Below, in pieces: positions 40,225 through 49,547 of a stretch of 64,000 nucleotides of DNA (its first letter is position 1; every line of letters begins with the position of its first letter). The stretch comes from an uncultured bacterium (GTDB lineage: Bacteria; Acidobacteriota; HRBIN11; JAKEFK01): assembly GCA_963777505.1 (NCBI GenBank), contig CAVZQN010000004.1, positions 480,001 through 544,000 of the forward strand, read 5' to 3'. Under the pieces are notes generated by a model. That model did not search any database. It was not told where the DNA came from and worked only from the letters and a program-made list of their open reading frames with translations. The position numbers were made by a program, and so were the translations under genes.

Positions 40225-40297
40225 TGTAACGCTGGCTTCCAGCCGGCCAGGCTGCAAAATTCAGCTCGAGCTCTGCCGGCAAGATGCCAGCGTTACA
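40225..40297. repeat. REP-like family 3 inverted pair
   Basis: tgtaacgctggcttccagccggc ... gccggcaagatgccagcgttaca. Confidence 0.75.
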
Positions 40298-40355
40298 AAC
40301 GTCAAATCACAGAATGCTATAATATGATTTACCCTCCATTTAAGGTCAAAAAAAT

Positions 40356-40541
40356 ATGGGTCCACTTGGAATACAAGAAATAGTTCTGATATTTGTCATT
40401 GCGTTGATCGTATTCGGGCCAAAAAAGCTGCCTGAACTCGGACGTTCAGTCGGGAAAGCTTTGGGCGAACTACGACGCGCTTCAAATGATATTAAGCGAA
40501 GTATCGAAAAAGAAATCGATGATACAGAGCTAAAAAATTAA
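40356..40541 (+). CDS. tatA: Twin-arginine translocase TatA/TatB-family subunit
   Basis: EIVLIFVIALIVFGPKKLPELGRSVGK. Confidence 0.85.
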   Translation: MGPLGIQEIVLIFVIALIVFGPKKLPELGRSVGKALGELRRASNDIKRSIEKEIDDTELKN

Positions 40542-40565
40542 TCTGCTCTTCATTCCTACATCAGT

Positions 40566-41327
40566 ATGGTCGAACTATTAGAAGAACGAGAAGAAAGAAT
40601 AGATGAATCCGGCCGGATGACCCTTTGGGAACATCTGGATGAGCTAAGAAAGCGGCTTGTGTTTTCATTAGCTGCTTTGCTTGTAGGTTTTGTTGCTTGC
40701 TGGTTCTTTAGGGAACCTCTTTGGGACATTGTTCAAGCGCCTTTTATGAGGTTTGTTGCGAAAGGGGATCGTCTTTCATTTATTTCCCTCACCGAACCAT
40801 TTCTTGTGTACATGAAATTATCAGCGCTTGCCGCAATTATTTTCACCTCTCCTATTTTGATAACACAATTATGGTTATTTATTTCGCCTGGTTTGTATAG
40901 AAAAGAGAAGCGTTTTGCAATTCCATTTATCTTTTTCTCTACACTTTGTTTTCTTGCTGGATGCCTTTTTTGTTATAACTATGTTTTTCCTTTCGCTTGC
41001 CGTTATTTTCTTGAAGTCGGGGGCACGAAGTTTAAGCAGGATGTGCGCGTTAATGACTACTTCTCTCTCTTTAGCAAAATGACTCTTTCGATTGGTCTAA
41101 TTTTTGAAACTCCCATCCTCGCATTTTTCCTTGCTCGAATGGGAGTGGTGAATCATAAATTCTTGCTGAAGAAATTTAAGTATGCAGTTCTCCTCGCGTT
41201 CATCATATCCGCAATCATTACACCGACTCCGGATCTTGTTACTCAAACAATTCTTGCAGTGCCGATGATCGCCCTTTATGTAATCAGTATTCTGATTGCC
41301 TGGATCTTCGGTCGAGACAAAAACTGA
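40566..41327 (+). CDS. tatC: Twin-arginine translocase subunit TatC
   Basis: HLDELRKRL, FISPGLY..EK, FETP, ITPTPD. Confidence 0.96.
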   Translation: MVELLEEREERIDESGRMTLWEHLDELRKRLVFSLAALLVGFVACWFFREPLWDIVQAPFMRFVAKGDRLSFISLTEPFLVYMKLSALAAIIFTSPILITQLWLFISPGLYRKEKRFAIPFIFFSTLCFLAGCLFCYNYVFPFACRYFLEVGGTKFKQDVRVNDYFSLFSKMTLSIGLIFETPILAFFLARMGVVNHKFLLKKFKYAVLLAFIISAIITPTPDLVTQTILAVPMIALYVISILIAWIFGRDKN

Positions 41328-42452
41328 ATGTCACAGCGTATCCGAGTAATTACACTTTTTGTTTCACTTCTATCCTGTTCGATGAGTGTCTGGTCGCAGG
41401 AATCTGAAGAATTAACACTTCCAAAACTTCCTGAAGTTCAGATTCATGTTCACAATGCCCAGGGTGTGCTACTCAGGGATGGTCTTGGTTTCATTTGGGA
41501 TGATCATACGATTGTTACAAGTTATTCTGCTGTGCAGGGCGCTTCATTAATCAAATTGGAAATCAATGGCGAGAATCTTGTTGCAGGTGAACTGATTTCC
41601 TGGAGCAAACCTTTTGATCTAGCATTTTTGCGTACAGCTGAAGAGCTGCCGGAAGGACGATTGTTTGGTAGTTCGGATACCCTGGCTTCCGGAGATGCCG
41701 CTTATTTGTTCAGTCAGGAAAAGGAAGGATGGCAGCTAAAAGAAACACGATTGAATCAATGGCAAGATTCAGGACATGGTTATGTATGGCTTTATCTGAA
41801 AGATACAGGCACAAGATCACCTTCACCGATTTTCAATCGTGCTGGAAAAATTGTTGGATGGTTTCCGGGAAAATCACCGGCAATTCCTTTGAAAGCCGTT
41901 TTTGCTCAACTCGATGAAAACTCAACTCCTGTTTCCTTACAAGAAATAACAGTTGCTGAAAAATTTTGGAACCTTTTCAAAGTGCCAGGACGTCAGGTTG
42001 AAAAGAAACATCTAGAACAGACAATATTCAAGAGAATAACTGGTCCATCAGGATTTTCATTCCAGGTTGATATTCCTGAAGATTGGGAACATCAAACTTC
42101 GCAGCACTCAGGACATTTTCTTTTGCTTGCAATTTCAGGACAGGATGGAATTTCTATGGCTCTAAGGATTGCCCCTGCGGTGACAGGGGATTTGAATATG
42201 GAAATCGAACGCGCTGAAAATTTACTCTTCCCAGGAATTGCAAGAGGAGAGATGGTTCCATCCTACACAGGCGGAATCTCCGGAATGCGAGCGGAATATG
42301 AAGATGCGCAAGATTTTGTCTCAACTGCCTTTTATGGGCTCAGTTCAAACCGTATTTGCGTTCTTTCGATTACTTATCCTTCACAATTTAAAGAAGAGAT
42401 GATCCCGGTCATGGAAGAAATATTTAATTCTGTACACTTCCCTGTAAAGTAA
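41328..42452 (+). CDS. Exported protein: degenerate trypsin-like domain + PsbP/DcrB-like C-terminal domain
   Basis: Signal peptide; GLGF..IVTSYSAVQGA, DLAFL, SPSPIFNRAGKIVG; GFSFQVDIPEDW. Confidence 0.55.
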   Translation: MSQRIRVITLFVSLLSCSMSVWSQESEELTLPKLPEVQIHVHNAQGVLLRDGLGFIWDDHTIVTSYSAVQGASLIKLEINGENLVAGELISWSKPFDLAFLRTAEELPEGRLFGSSDTLASGDAAYLFSQEKEGWQLKETRLNQWQDSGHGYVWLYLKDTGTRSPSPIFNRAGKIVGWFPGKSPAIPLKAVFAQLDENSTPVSLQEITVAEKFWNLFKVPGRQVEKKHLEQTIFKRITGPSGFSFQVDIPEDWEHQTSQHSGHFLLLAISGQDGISMALRIAPAVTGDLNMEIERAENLLFPGIARGEMVPSYTGGISGMRAEYEDAQDFVSTAFYGLSSNRICVLSITYPSQFKEEMIPVMEEIFNSVHFPVK

Positions 42453-43965
42453 TTCTTTCACCCATAAATCGTTCAAGCTGCGCAACATTTTTCAAATAAC
42501 CGATAATCGCAAGAAGTTCAACCGACCGTGATCTTGTAAGATCTTCCTGGAAATCAAGCACAATATTGTTTGTGCTCAAGCCTACATTTAATTTTTTGCG
42601 CTCGGCATCCAGCTTCTTTTCTTCTAGTACAACTGCGACTCGCGAAGATTGAATCAGTTTCAAACTGGCTTTTATGTTACGAAGAGCGGTACGTACGTTT
42701 TGAACAAGCAGAACTTTATTGTCTTGCAACAATAATTTTGTCTGATCTTCAATCAAATCCGCCCTGACATATGCTGCTTCACGTTGCTGATTTCCAATCG
42801 GTAGTTCAACAATCAAACCAACAGTCCAGGTCGGATTTTCAAACATCGTAGAAAGAGCATCACCATAATTACCCGATTCAATGCCAATGGGTTCAGGATT
42901 AAAAATGTCATCGCTGAAGATGATGCGCGGACCGCCTAATCCCGTCCACCCAAAACCTCCCGTCAAATCCAGGAGTGGTTTCATTTGATTGCGTGCTAAT
43001 TTTGTGGAAAGATCCCGGCTTTTGAGATCCATTTCGAGGGCTTCAATATCCGGATTATTATTCAGTGCTTTTTGTATTGCTTCTTCTTCTGTGATGTTTA
43101 CATCTTTGAATTCCGGTCGTTTGCCAGGCAACACAATATCTCGTTTCCAGTCAGAAACTTTTTCCCCGTAAATCAACGCGCGTAAGCGATCTTCATTGTT
43201 TTCAATCGATGTTTCTCCGGCAATGATTGCTTGTTCCCGAGTTGCTACTTCAGCTTCAGCCACAACAACTTCAAGAGGTGCCATTGTTCCAACTTCTACT
43301 TGCTTTTTATTATTTTCATAAAGATCTCGCGCATATTCTAGAGATTGCCTGAATACATCCAGTTCTGCATTTGCAAAGGCATAATCGAGATAGGCTTGGG
43401 TTACCAGCAATTCAATGTTCAGTGCACGTGTTTGCAATCTTGAATCGGATGCCAGACGGTTCGTTTTTGCAATATTAATAGGAGTCAGGCTGATCTCTCG
43501 CCCAAAGTTTCTCATTAAAGGCTGGCGAACAGTTCCAAAAAGCGAACTATCATAACGCGGGTTGAATGAAGTGAAAAGCTGATTCGTTTCAAAGCGGGCA
43601 CTGTTAAAAACGACGCTGTACGAAGTACTTGTTGGAAGCAGGTGATCGAGTCGTACATTGTAGTTTAAGTTCTTGTTTGCAAGTGTTCCTTCTCCCGACA
43701 GACGTGACCCTGTTGGTATATCTGCATCTTCATTCGATAAATTGGCTTGAAACAATGGTTCAAACCGTCCAGCTTCCTCAAGGACTAGAGTGTCATCAAT
43801 CTCTGGATTGAGCCTTTCCGCTTTCAACCCTAAATTGTTTTCCAGCGCCAGGTCGATCGCTTGTTGAAGCGTCAAAACATCACTACTAGCTGGAGGCTGA
43901 GCTTCCTGGGCGTGAACAGTTGGAAAAATGAAAACCAGACTTAACAATAACAAACACAATCTCAT
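42424..43965 (-). CDS. TolC-family outer-membrane efflux protein
   Basis: LTLQQAIDLALENN, two OEP repeats, KKLNVGLST. Confidence 0.9.
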   Translation of the reverse strand: MRLCLLLLSLVFIFPTVHAQEAQPPASSDVLTLQQAIDLALENNLGLKAERLNPEIDDTLVLEEAGRFEPLFQANLSNEDADIPTGSRLSGEGTLANKNLNYNVRLDHLLPTSTSYSVVFNSARFETNQLFTSFNPRYDSSLFGTVRQPLMRNFGREISLTPINIAKTNRLASDSRLQTRALNIELLVTQAYLDYAFANAELDVFRQSLEYARDLYENNKKQVEVGTMAPLEVVVAEAEVATREQAIIAGETSIENNEDRLRALIYGEKVSDWKRDIVLPGKRPEFKDVNITEEEAIQKALNNNPDIEALEMDLKSRDLSTKLARNQMKPLLDLTGGFGWTGLGGPRIIFSDDIFNPEPIGIESGNYGDALSTMFENPTWTVGLIVELPIGNQQREAAYVRADLIEDQTKLLLQDNKVLLVQNVRTALRNIKASLKLIQSSRVAVVLEEKKLDAERKKLNVGLSTNNIVLDFQEDLTRSRSVELLAIIGYLKNVAQLERFMGERITLQGSVQN

Positions 43966-44141
43966 ACAACTCTCCCAAGCAAATGCATAGTTCTGTTTAA
44001 AGACATACGTTTACAGACAAATTCGGTTCCTGAGGCCATTATGCCCCGGGCAGAATACAATACAATGAGGTTTCTTATTATAAATAAAGCTTTCGAGGTG
44101 TGCATCCTCGAAGTTGCAACAAATTGTAAAGGTGATCCTCT

Positions 44142-44894
44142 TTGCGCTATAAAATCCTGATCGCTTACGACGGCACTGATTTCTATGGCTGGCAAGAGCA
44201 AGTGAATTTTCCAACCATTCAATCGAAAATTCAAGAGTCTCTTGTACAAATTTCTGGACAACGGATCGGAGTGACCGGAGCCGGACGAACGGACAGTGGA
44301 GTGCACGCTATTGAACAGGTAGCCCATTTCAATTGGGATCATCATCTCCCCGCTGAACGGTTGATTCTGGCAATGAACGCAATTCTCCCAGAAAGCATCC
44401 GTATCGTCGCTATATCTGAAGTGGCTGAGAATTTTCATGCACGATATGATGCCCGTTCGAAATCGTATCTCTATCGAATCGATCGTAATTATATCTATAA
44501 CCCATTCCATTATAGATATGCGTTGCATTATTCGCGCCAGCTTAACCTCGACTTGCTCCAGGAGTGCGTACATCAGTTGGAAGGAGAACATGATTTCAAA
44601 GCTTTTCAAGCAACAGGGACTGAACTGTTAACGACGGTTCGAACGATTTTTAAAGTCGAAGCATTTTCAGCACCTGCCGATAATTTCACCGAGTGGCCCT
44701 TTCTTTACATCCGTTTTCAAGCAACAGGCTTTCTTCGAAAAATGGTTCGATTTATGGTCGGCACTCTTCTTCAGATTGCAGCCGGAAAACGTGACCCTGA
44801 AGATATAAAAAAAGCATTGGAAACAGGAGACCGTAAATTCGTCGGCGTGCCAGCTCCAGCCCGCGGATTGTTTCTGGAAAAAGTGGTGTATTAA
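44142..44894 (+). CDS. truA: tRNA pseudouridine(38-40) synthase
   Basis: AYDGTDFYGWQ, GRTDSGVHA, FHARY, GFLRKMVR. Confidence 0.96.
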   Translation: MRYKILIAYDGTDFYGWQEQVNFPTIQSKIQESLVQISGQRIGVTGAGRTDSGVHAIEQVAHFNWDHHLPAERLILAMNAILPESIRIVAISEVAENFHARYDARSKSYLYRIDRNYIYNPFHYRYALHYSRQLNLDLLQECVHQLEGEHDFKAFQATGTELLTTVRTIFKVEAFSAPADNFTEWPFLYIRFQATGFLRKMVRFMVGTLLQIAAGKRDPEDIKKALETGDRKFVGVPAPARGLFLEKVVY

Positions 44895-44901
44895 TTTGTT
44901 T

Positions 44902-44951
44902 GTAGTAAGGCACGCAGGTCGACCGCATTTATGCGGTCGAGCAGTGCCGTA
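44902..44951 (+). repeat. REP-like family 2 unit (left flank of cassette)
   Basis: gtagtaaggcacgcag-gtcgaccgcatttatgcggtcga-gcagtgccgta. Confidence 0.8.
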
Positions 44952-44960
44952 AGGATCAGA

Positions 44961-45312
44961 ATGTCTAGTCAGCATTCGAGCTATTTAGCCTGTGTTTTCT
45001 TTCTTATGTTTTCAGCTTGTTCCCCACATGATCCCAATGCACCAAGCATTGAAACGCTTAAGTTCGTTGGTGGGCGAGCAAGCGACACGTGAAAGAGTAG
45101 AGGAAGTTCTTGGGAAGAGTTACATTTGGTATGAAAGAAACACTACGAGCTGGACTTCGTTCGAGTCAGCCGGCACCGCAGTACCTGAGCGGGTGCGGAT
45201 AGCTTCAAACAAATATTCGAAACTAATGGCATACACAACCATGTGGCAGCAAACATGGATTTTTCTGAATGATGACGATGTAATGCAAGACTATATAATC
45301 TCAAGCCAGTGA
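44961..45312 (+). CDS. Putative lipoprotein, frameshifted near 45063
   Basis: AAGGA + ATG 44961: MSSQHSSYLACVFFLMFSAC (lipobox) ...ETLK; removing one base joins SLVGEQATRERVEEVLGK of ORF 44992-45312. Confidence 0.55.
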
Positions 45313-45443
45313 TGCTGCGGCTTTATCCTTTACATGATTAGCCCGGAATCCGAAACTCGAATATCTAAATTCGAAACAAATTCAAAAACTCAAATTCAAT
45401 ATCGGTCATTTCTTAGTATCCATAGGGAACAGTTTAATCTGTA

Positions 45444-45472
45444 TTGACATGTGTCACGTGACACATTACACT
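45444..45472 (+). promoter_or_regulatory. sigma70 promoter with 18-bp palindromic operator for higBA
   Basis: TTGACA-17 bp-TACACT; ATGTGTCACGTGACACAT (45449-45466) is a perfect palindrome. Confidence 0.85.
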
Positions 45473-45477
45473 CAGAT

Positions 45478-45759
45478 GTGATTAGAACTTTTGCGGACAA
45501 ACGAACGCTGGAGTTGTATCAGACAGGAAGGTCGAAAAGGGTTCCTTCTGAAATACGAAAGAGAGCCGTGCGAAAGCTCGAGTATATCAACTTGGCAGTG
45601 CGCCTGGATGACTTGGCAGTTCCGCCGAGCAACCGGCTTCACAAATTGAAAGAAGATCGTGAGGGACAGTATTCAATTTCCGTAAATGATCAATGGCGAA
45701 TTTGTTTCAGATTTGTGGATGGCGACGCTTTTGATGTTGAGCTAGCGGATTATCATTGA
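45478..45759 (+). CDS. higB: HigB (RelE/ParE family) toxin
   Basis: GTG start MIRTFADK; PPSNRLHKLK.DR.GQYSISVNDQWRICFRF; terminal DYH. Confidence 0.92.
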   Translation: MIRTFADKRTLELYQTGRSKRVPSEIRKRAVRKLEYINLAVRLDDLAVPPSNRLHKLKEDREGQYSISVNDQWRICFRFVDGDAFDVELADYH

Positions 45760-45767
45760 GGTGTGAA

Positions 45768-46082
45768 ATGAGTATTTCCATTCCAAAAGAAAGATCGATT
45801 TGTCCGACCCACCCAGGAGAGATGCTGCGCGAAGATTTCTTACCGGATTACGGTTTGACCATCGCGACTTTTGCCAAAAAGATTGGCGTGTCACGTCAAA
45901 CTGTCAACGATTTAATCCGAGAACGGCGAGCGGTGAGTCCTGAGATGGCTTTGTTGCTTTCACGATTATTCGGTAATAGCGCCCAGTTCTGGCTGAATGC
46001 GCAAAGTGCCTTTGATCTTTGGAAAGCGGCAAAAAGTATTAAGCGTAAAATCAATCGGATTTCACCATTAAATGCCGCCTGA
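45768..46082 (+). CDS. higA: HigA antitoxin (XRE HTH)
   Basis: PTHPGEMLREDFL, SPEMALLLSRLFGNSAQFWLNAQ. Confidence 0.93.
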   Translation: MSISIPKERSICPTHPGEMLREDFLPDYGLTIATFAKKIGVSRQTVNDLIRERRAVSPEMALLLSRLFGNSAQFWLNAQSAFDLWKAAKSIKRKINRISPLNAA

Positions 46083-46113
46083 ATCAAAATTCTGCGAAGA
46101 GCAGGATAATAGG

Positions 46114-46154
46114 AACGGCACTGCCTCGCATTCGCTCGGCTGCGTGCCTTACTA
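46114..46154 (-). repeat. REP-like family 2 unit (right flank of cassette)
   Basis: Exact 41-nt reverse complement of 32075-32115. Confidence 0.88.
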
Positions 46155-46158
46155 AAAA

Positions 46159-47613
46159 TCAGTTTGAAATTGCCTTTAAATATGCGTAATAAAACTGGAT
46201 TGCTTTTGCATGAGCTTCGATTCCAATCTGTTCGTTTGTTCCATGGACTGTGTCTACATCTTCATCGTTGAGTTCGACCGGAAGGAACCGGTATACGTTT
46301 TTGGATAACCCCGTAAAATATCTCGCGTCAGTTGCTCCCAAAACGAGGGTTGGAGCTGCGAGTGCTTGCGGAAACACACCACGGATTGTTGCTAAAAGCG
46401 TACGGTACGCATTCGATGTAACATCAGATTCAGGGGAAGGTTCTAGTGCAGTTTTTGTATTGATTTGAACCCGCTGATCATTGACTACGCTTCGAACGTG
46501 ATCAACGACTGATGCAACGGAATCTCCTGGAAGAATTCGAAAATTAATTGTTGCGCGAGCTTCGGTTGCAAGCACATTATCCTTTGGACTTGCTTGAAGC
46601 ATCGTTGGAGCTGTCGTTGTTCGCACAAAAGCATTCGTCTTTGAATCTTTTTGCAATGTTGATAAAACAACCGGCTTGAACATCCAGAGGTTCGCAAAAA
46701 TTAATCTGTACTTGAATGACATTTCAGGTGCAAAAGAATCAAACATAGATGCGACAGGACCTTCCAGTCGTGCAGGCATTTGATTTTTCTCAAGTTTTAC
46801 AATCGCTTCTGACAAAATTCCAACGGCAGTATTTGCAGGAGGCATCGAACTATGACCTCCTTCACTCTTTGCTTTTATTTCGAGCGTCAAATAGCCCTTT
46901 TCTGCAATTCCAATTAATGCTTTCGGCTGAAGTAAACCTGCAATTTCAGCATTCATAATTGCAAGGCCTTCATCTAAAACAGATTCCAGTTCCACTCCAC
47001 GTGATTTCAACAACGATGCAGTCGCAATTGCACCTGTTCCTCCCACTTCTTCATCATGACCAAATGCAAAGTAGAGTGATCGTTGAGGTGTGTAACCTTC
47101 CTGCGCGAGTAATTCCACAGCATCAAGGATGGCAGTTAATGAACTTTTATCATCCAGCGTTCCACGTCCGTAAATTCTTCCATCGACAACTTTCCCATCA
47201 AACGGCGGCTGTTTCCAAAGCTTTTCTGTTCCTGGTTCAACAGGAACTACATCTTGATGCGCCATAACTAATGCCGGCTTAAGTGCAGTGTTCTTGCCTT
47301 GCCATTGATACAACAAACTGTAACTGTCCACTTTTTCTTTTTTCAGAAGCGAGTGCATTGCCGGATATGTCATTTCGATATAAGCGTGCATTTTTTCAAA
47401 TTCAGAATTGCTAACGTCAGAATTTGTCTCATACGAGATCGTTCTAAATTGAATCATTTTTGAAAGCCGCTCTGCTGCGGAAGAATTTTCAATTCGAGGT
47501 AAGGTCAACGCCTTTATTGATTCTCTGTCAGCACGGATCGACATCGCTTTTGAAGCTAAAATCGCACTTAATGCCGCAATTAAAAAAAGAACAATTCCTA
47601 TAGCCTTTTTCAT
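46159..47613 (-). CDS. M20 family peptidase (carboxypeptidase S / PM20D1-like)
   Basis: AHQDVVP, GRGTLDDK, GHDEE, LDEG, GGHSS, HGTNE. Confidence 0.92.
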   Translation of the reverse strand: MKKAIGIVLFLIAALSAILASKAMSIRADRESIKALTLPRIENSSAAERLSKMIQFRTISYETNSDVSNSEFEKMHAYIEMTYPAMHSLLKKEKVDSYSLLYQWQGKNTALKPALVMAHQDVVPVEPGTEKLWKQPPFDGKVVDGRIYGRGTLDDKSSLTAILDAVELLAQEGYTPQRSLYFAFGHDEEVGGTGAIATASLLKSRGVELESVLDEGLAIMNAEIAGLLQPKALIGIAEKGYLTLEIKAKSEGGHSSMPPANTAVGILSEAIVKLEKNQMPARLEGPVASMFDSFAPEMSFKYRLIFANLWMFKPVVLSTLQKDSKTNAFVRTTTAPTMLQASPKDNVLATEARATINFRILPGDSVASVVDHVRSVVNDQRVQINTKTALEPSPESDVTSNAYRTLLATIRGVFPQALAAPTLVLGATDARYFTGLSKNVYRFLPVELNDEDVDTVHGTNEQIGIEAHAKAIQFYYAYLKAISN

Positions 47614-47645
47614 TTGTCTGGCATAATTCTACTTCTTGATCTAAT

Positions 47646-48707
47646 GTGATGAAACGGATGAAGAAGATTTTGTATGCCTTGCTGGGTCTGATTGTTTTAG
47701 GCATTGCTGCCTATAAAATCATCGATTCAATAATCTCCGCTCCTGCATATTCAGGCCCCAAGGCTGATCATTTCGATGGAGTCCAATTCAAGAATTTAGC
47801 ACCGGGCGGTCCGAAAGGATTTCTCGACATTGTGAAATGGCGTTTAACAAAAGACGAAGGCCCATGGCCGGAATGGGAGAACGCAGAGCCTGGCCCGCCA
47901 CCACCTGAAAGAGTAAAAGCCGGAGATCTGCGGATAACGTTTGTAAATCATTCTACGTTTTTAGTTCAAATAGATGGGTTGAATATCCTCACTGATCCTA
48001 TCTGGTCAGAACGAGCAAGTCCGGTTTCCTGGGCAGGACCTAAAAGAGTTCGCCCACCTGGAATTCGATATGAAGATCTTCCACCGATTGATTATGTACT
48101 TGTCTCGCATAATCACTACGATCATCTTGATCTTCCTACTTTGAAAAAACTTTCGTTAGAACATATCCCGGCTATTTTTTCAGGACTTGGAAACAAACTT
48201 TTGCTTGAAAAAGAAAAGATCACCGGCGGTTCTGAAATGGATTGGTGGGAAAGTATTGAACTAAAAAACGGAGTGCGTCTAATCTGCGTGCCAGCACAAC
48301 ATTGGTCAGGACGTGGAAGTAGAGACCGGTTAAAGACGCTCTGGTGCGGATTCGTGATTCAGAGTCGTTCAAAAACAGTTTATTTTGCGGGATGCACAGG
48401 TTTCGGACCTCACTTCGAACTAATTGCATCAAAGACAGGCCCCATTCATGTATCAATGATTCCGATCGGAGCATTCCGTCCGCGTTGGTTTATGGAATCC
48501 TCTCATCTCTCACCATCCGATGCGATCAAGGCTCATGAAAAACTGAAATCCAAACACAGCATTGCAATCCATTTTGGTACTTTCCATCTCGGTGATGATG
48601 GATATTCAGAACCGGTTGATCTTCTGAAACAAGAACTCGCAAAGTCAGGCAGACAGTTGCAGTCGTCTTTCCACATATTAGATTTTGGTCAGGGCAAGAA
48701 TTTCTAG
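47646..48707 (+). CDS. MBL-fold hydrolase (NAPE-PLD/RomA-like) with N-terminal TM
   Basis: ILTDPIWS, SHNHYDHLD, PAQHWSGR, IHFGTF. Confidence 0.9.
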   Translation: MMKRMKKILYALLGLIVLGIAAYKIIDSIISAPAYSGPKADHFDGVQFKNLAPGGPKGFLDIVKWRLTKDEGPWPEWENAEPGPPPPERVKAGDLRITFVNHSTFLVQIDGLNILTDPIWSERASPVSWAGPKRVRPPGIRYEDLPPIDYVLVSHNHYDHLDLPTLKKLSLEHIPAIFSGLGNKLLLEKEKITGGSEMDWWESIELKNGVRLICVPAQHWSGRGSRDRLKTLWCGFVIQSRSKTVYFAGCTGFGPHFELIASKTGPIHVSMIPIGAFRPRWFMESSHLSPSDAIKAHEKLKSKHSIAIHFGTFHLGDDGYSEPVDLLKQELAKSGRQLQSSFHILDFGQGKNF

Positions 48708-48770
48708 CTCAACCGCAAAGACGCCAAGTCGTGATATTATCCCAAATGGTTCAACCCAACCCATTTAGCC

Positions 48771-49547
48771 ATGTCAAATATACCCCCGGCCGACGAATTG
48801 TATAGAAAGATTGACACGTCCAGGTTACCCATGCACGTTGCGGTAATCATGGATGGCAATGGCCGCTGGGCGAAGAAACGAAGCCTGCCAAGAGTCAGCG
48901 GGCATCGAGAGGGAATTAAATCCGTCCGCGAAATTGTTACGACATCGGCTGAGATGAATCTAAAAGTCTTAACGCTTTATGCATTTTCCGTGGAGAACTG
49001 GAAAAGACCGCGAACCGAAATCAATACTTTGATGCGTCTGCTGCGACAGTATTTACGCAGAGAGCTTAAGACTATGATGAAAAACAATATACGTTTTCAA
49101 GCGATTGGCCGATGGCGCGAACTGGATGAAAAAGTCGTAGAGGACCTTGAATGGGCAGCGGCGGAAACACGATTTAACACGGGGCTCATTTTCAATATTG
49201 CTCTCAATTACGGTGGGCGCACCGAACTTGTGGATAGTTTCAGGGAAATTTATAGAGAACTTGCAGGGAATGGCCGCGATCCCGATCGGATTACTGAAGA
49301 GACCATCAGCCAGCATCTTTATACTTCCGGCCAGCCCGATCCGGATCTTTTAATCCGCACAAGCGGCGAACTTCGAATTAGTAATTTTTTATTATGGCAA
49401 ATTGCTTATGCAGAAATTTGGGTTACTGAAGTTCTCTGGCCTGACTTCAGAAAACAGCATTTGTATGAAGCAATCATTGATTTTCAGAAACGTGAGCGCC
49501 GGTACGGCGGAATCACAAGAACGGTTAACGCCGAAATACCTGAATGA
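48771..49547 (+). CDS. uppS: Undecaprenyl diphosphate synthase
   Basis: HVAVIMDGNGRWA, FSVENWKRP, RTSGELRISNF. Confidence 0.96.
   Translation: MSNIPPADELYRKIDTSRLPMHVAVIMDGNGRWAKKRSLPRVSGHREGIKSVREIVTTSAEMNLKVLTLYAFSVENWKRPRTEINTLMRLLRQYLRRELKTMMKNNIRFQAIGRWRELDEKVVEDLEWAAAETRFNTGLIFNIALNYGGRTELVDSFREIYRELAGNGRDPDRITEETISQHLYTSGQPDPDLLIRTSGELRISNFLLWQIAYAEIWVTEVLWPDFRKQHLYEAIIDFQKRERRYGGITRTVNAEIPE

Noticed and set aside
43962-44609. 215-aa antisense ORF over truA, and other short overlapping ORFs in the track
   Set aside because: Shadow frames of well-supported genes, with no motifs or RBS
45888-45901. Operator-like GTGTCACGT inside higA
   Set aside because: Encodes the conserved GVSRQ of the HTH and is not palindromic; probably coincidence
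44895-46158. Integron cassette array
   Set aside because: No convincing RYYYAAC...GTTRRRY attC pairs and no integrase; flanks are inverted, not direct
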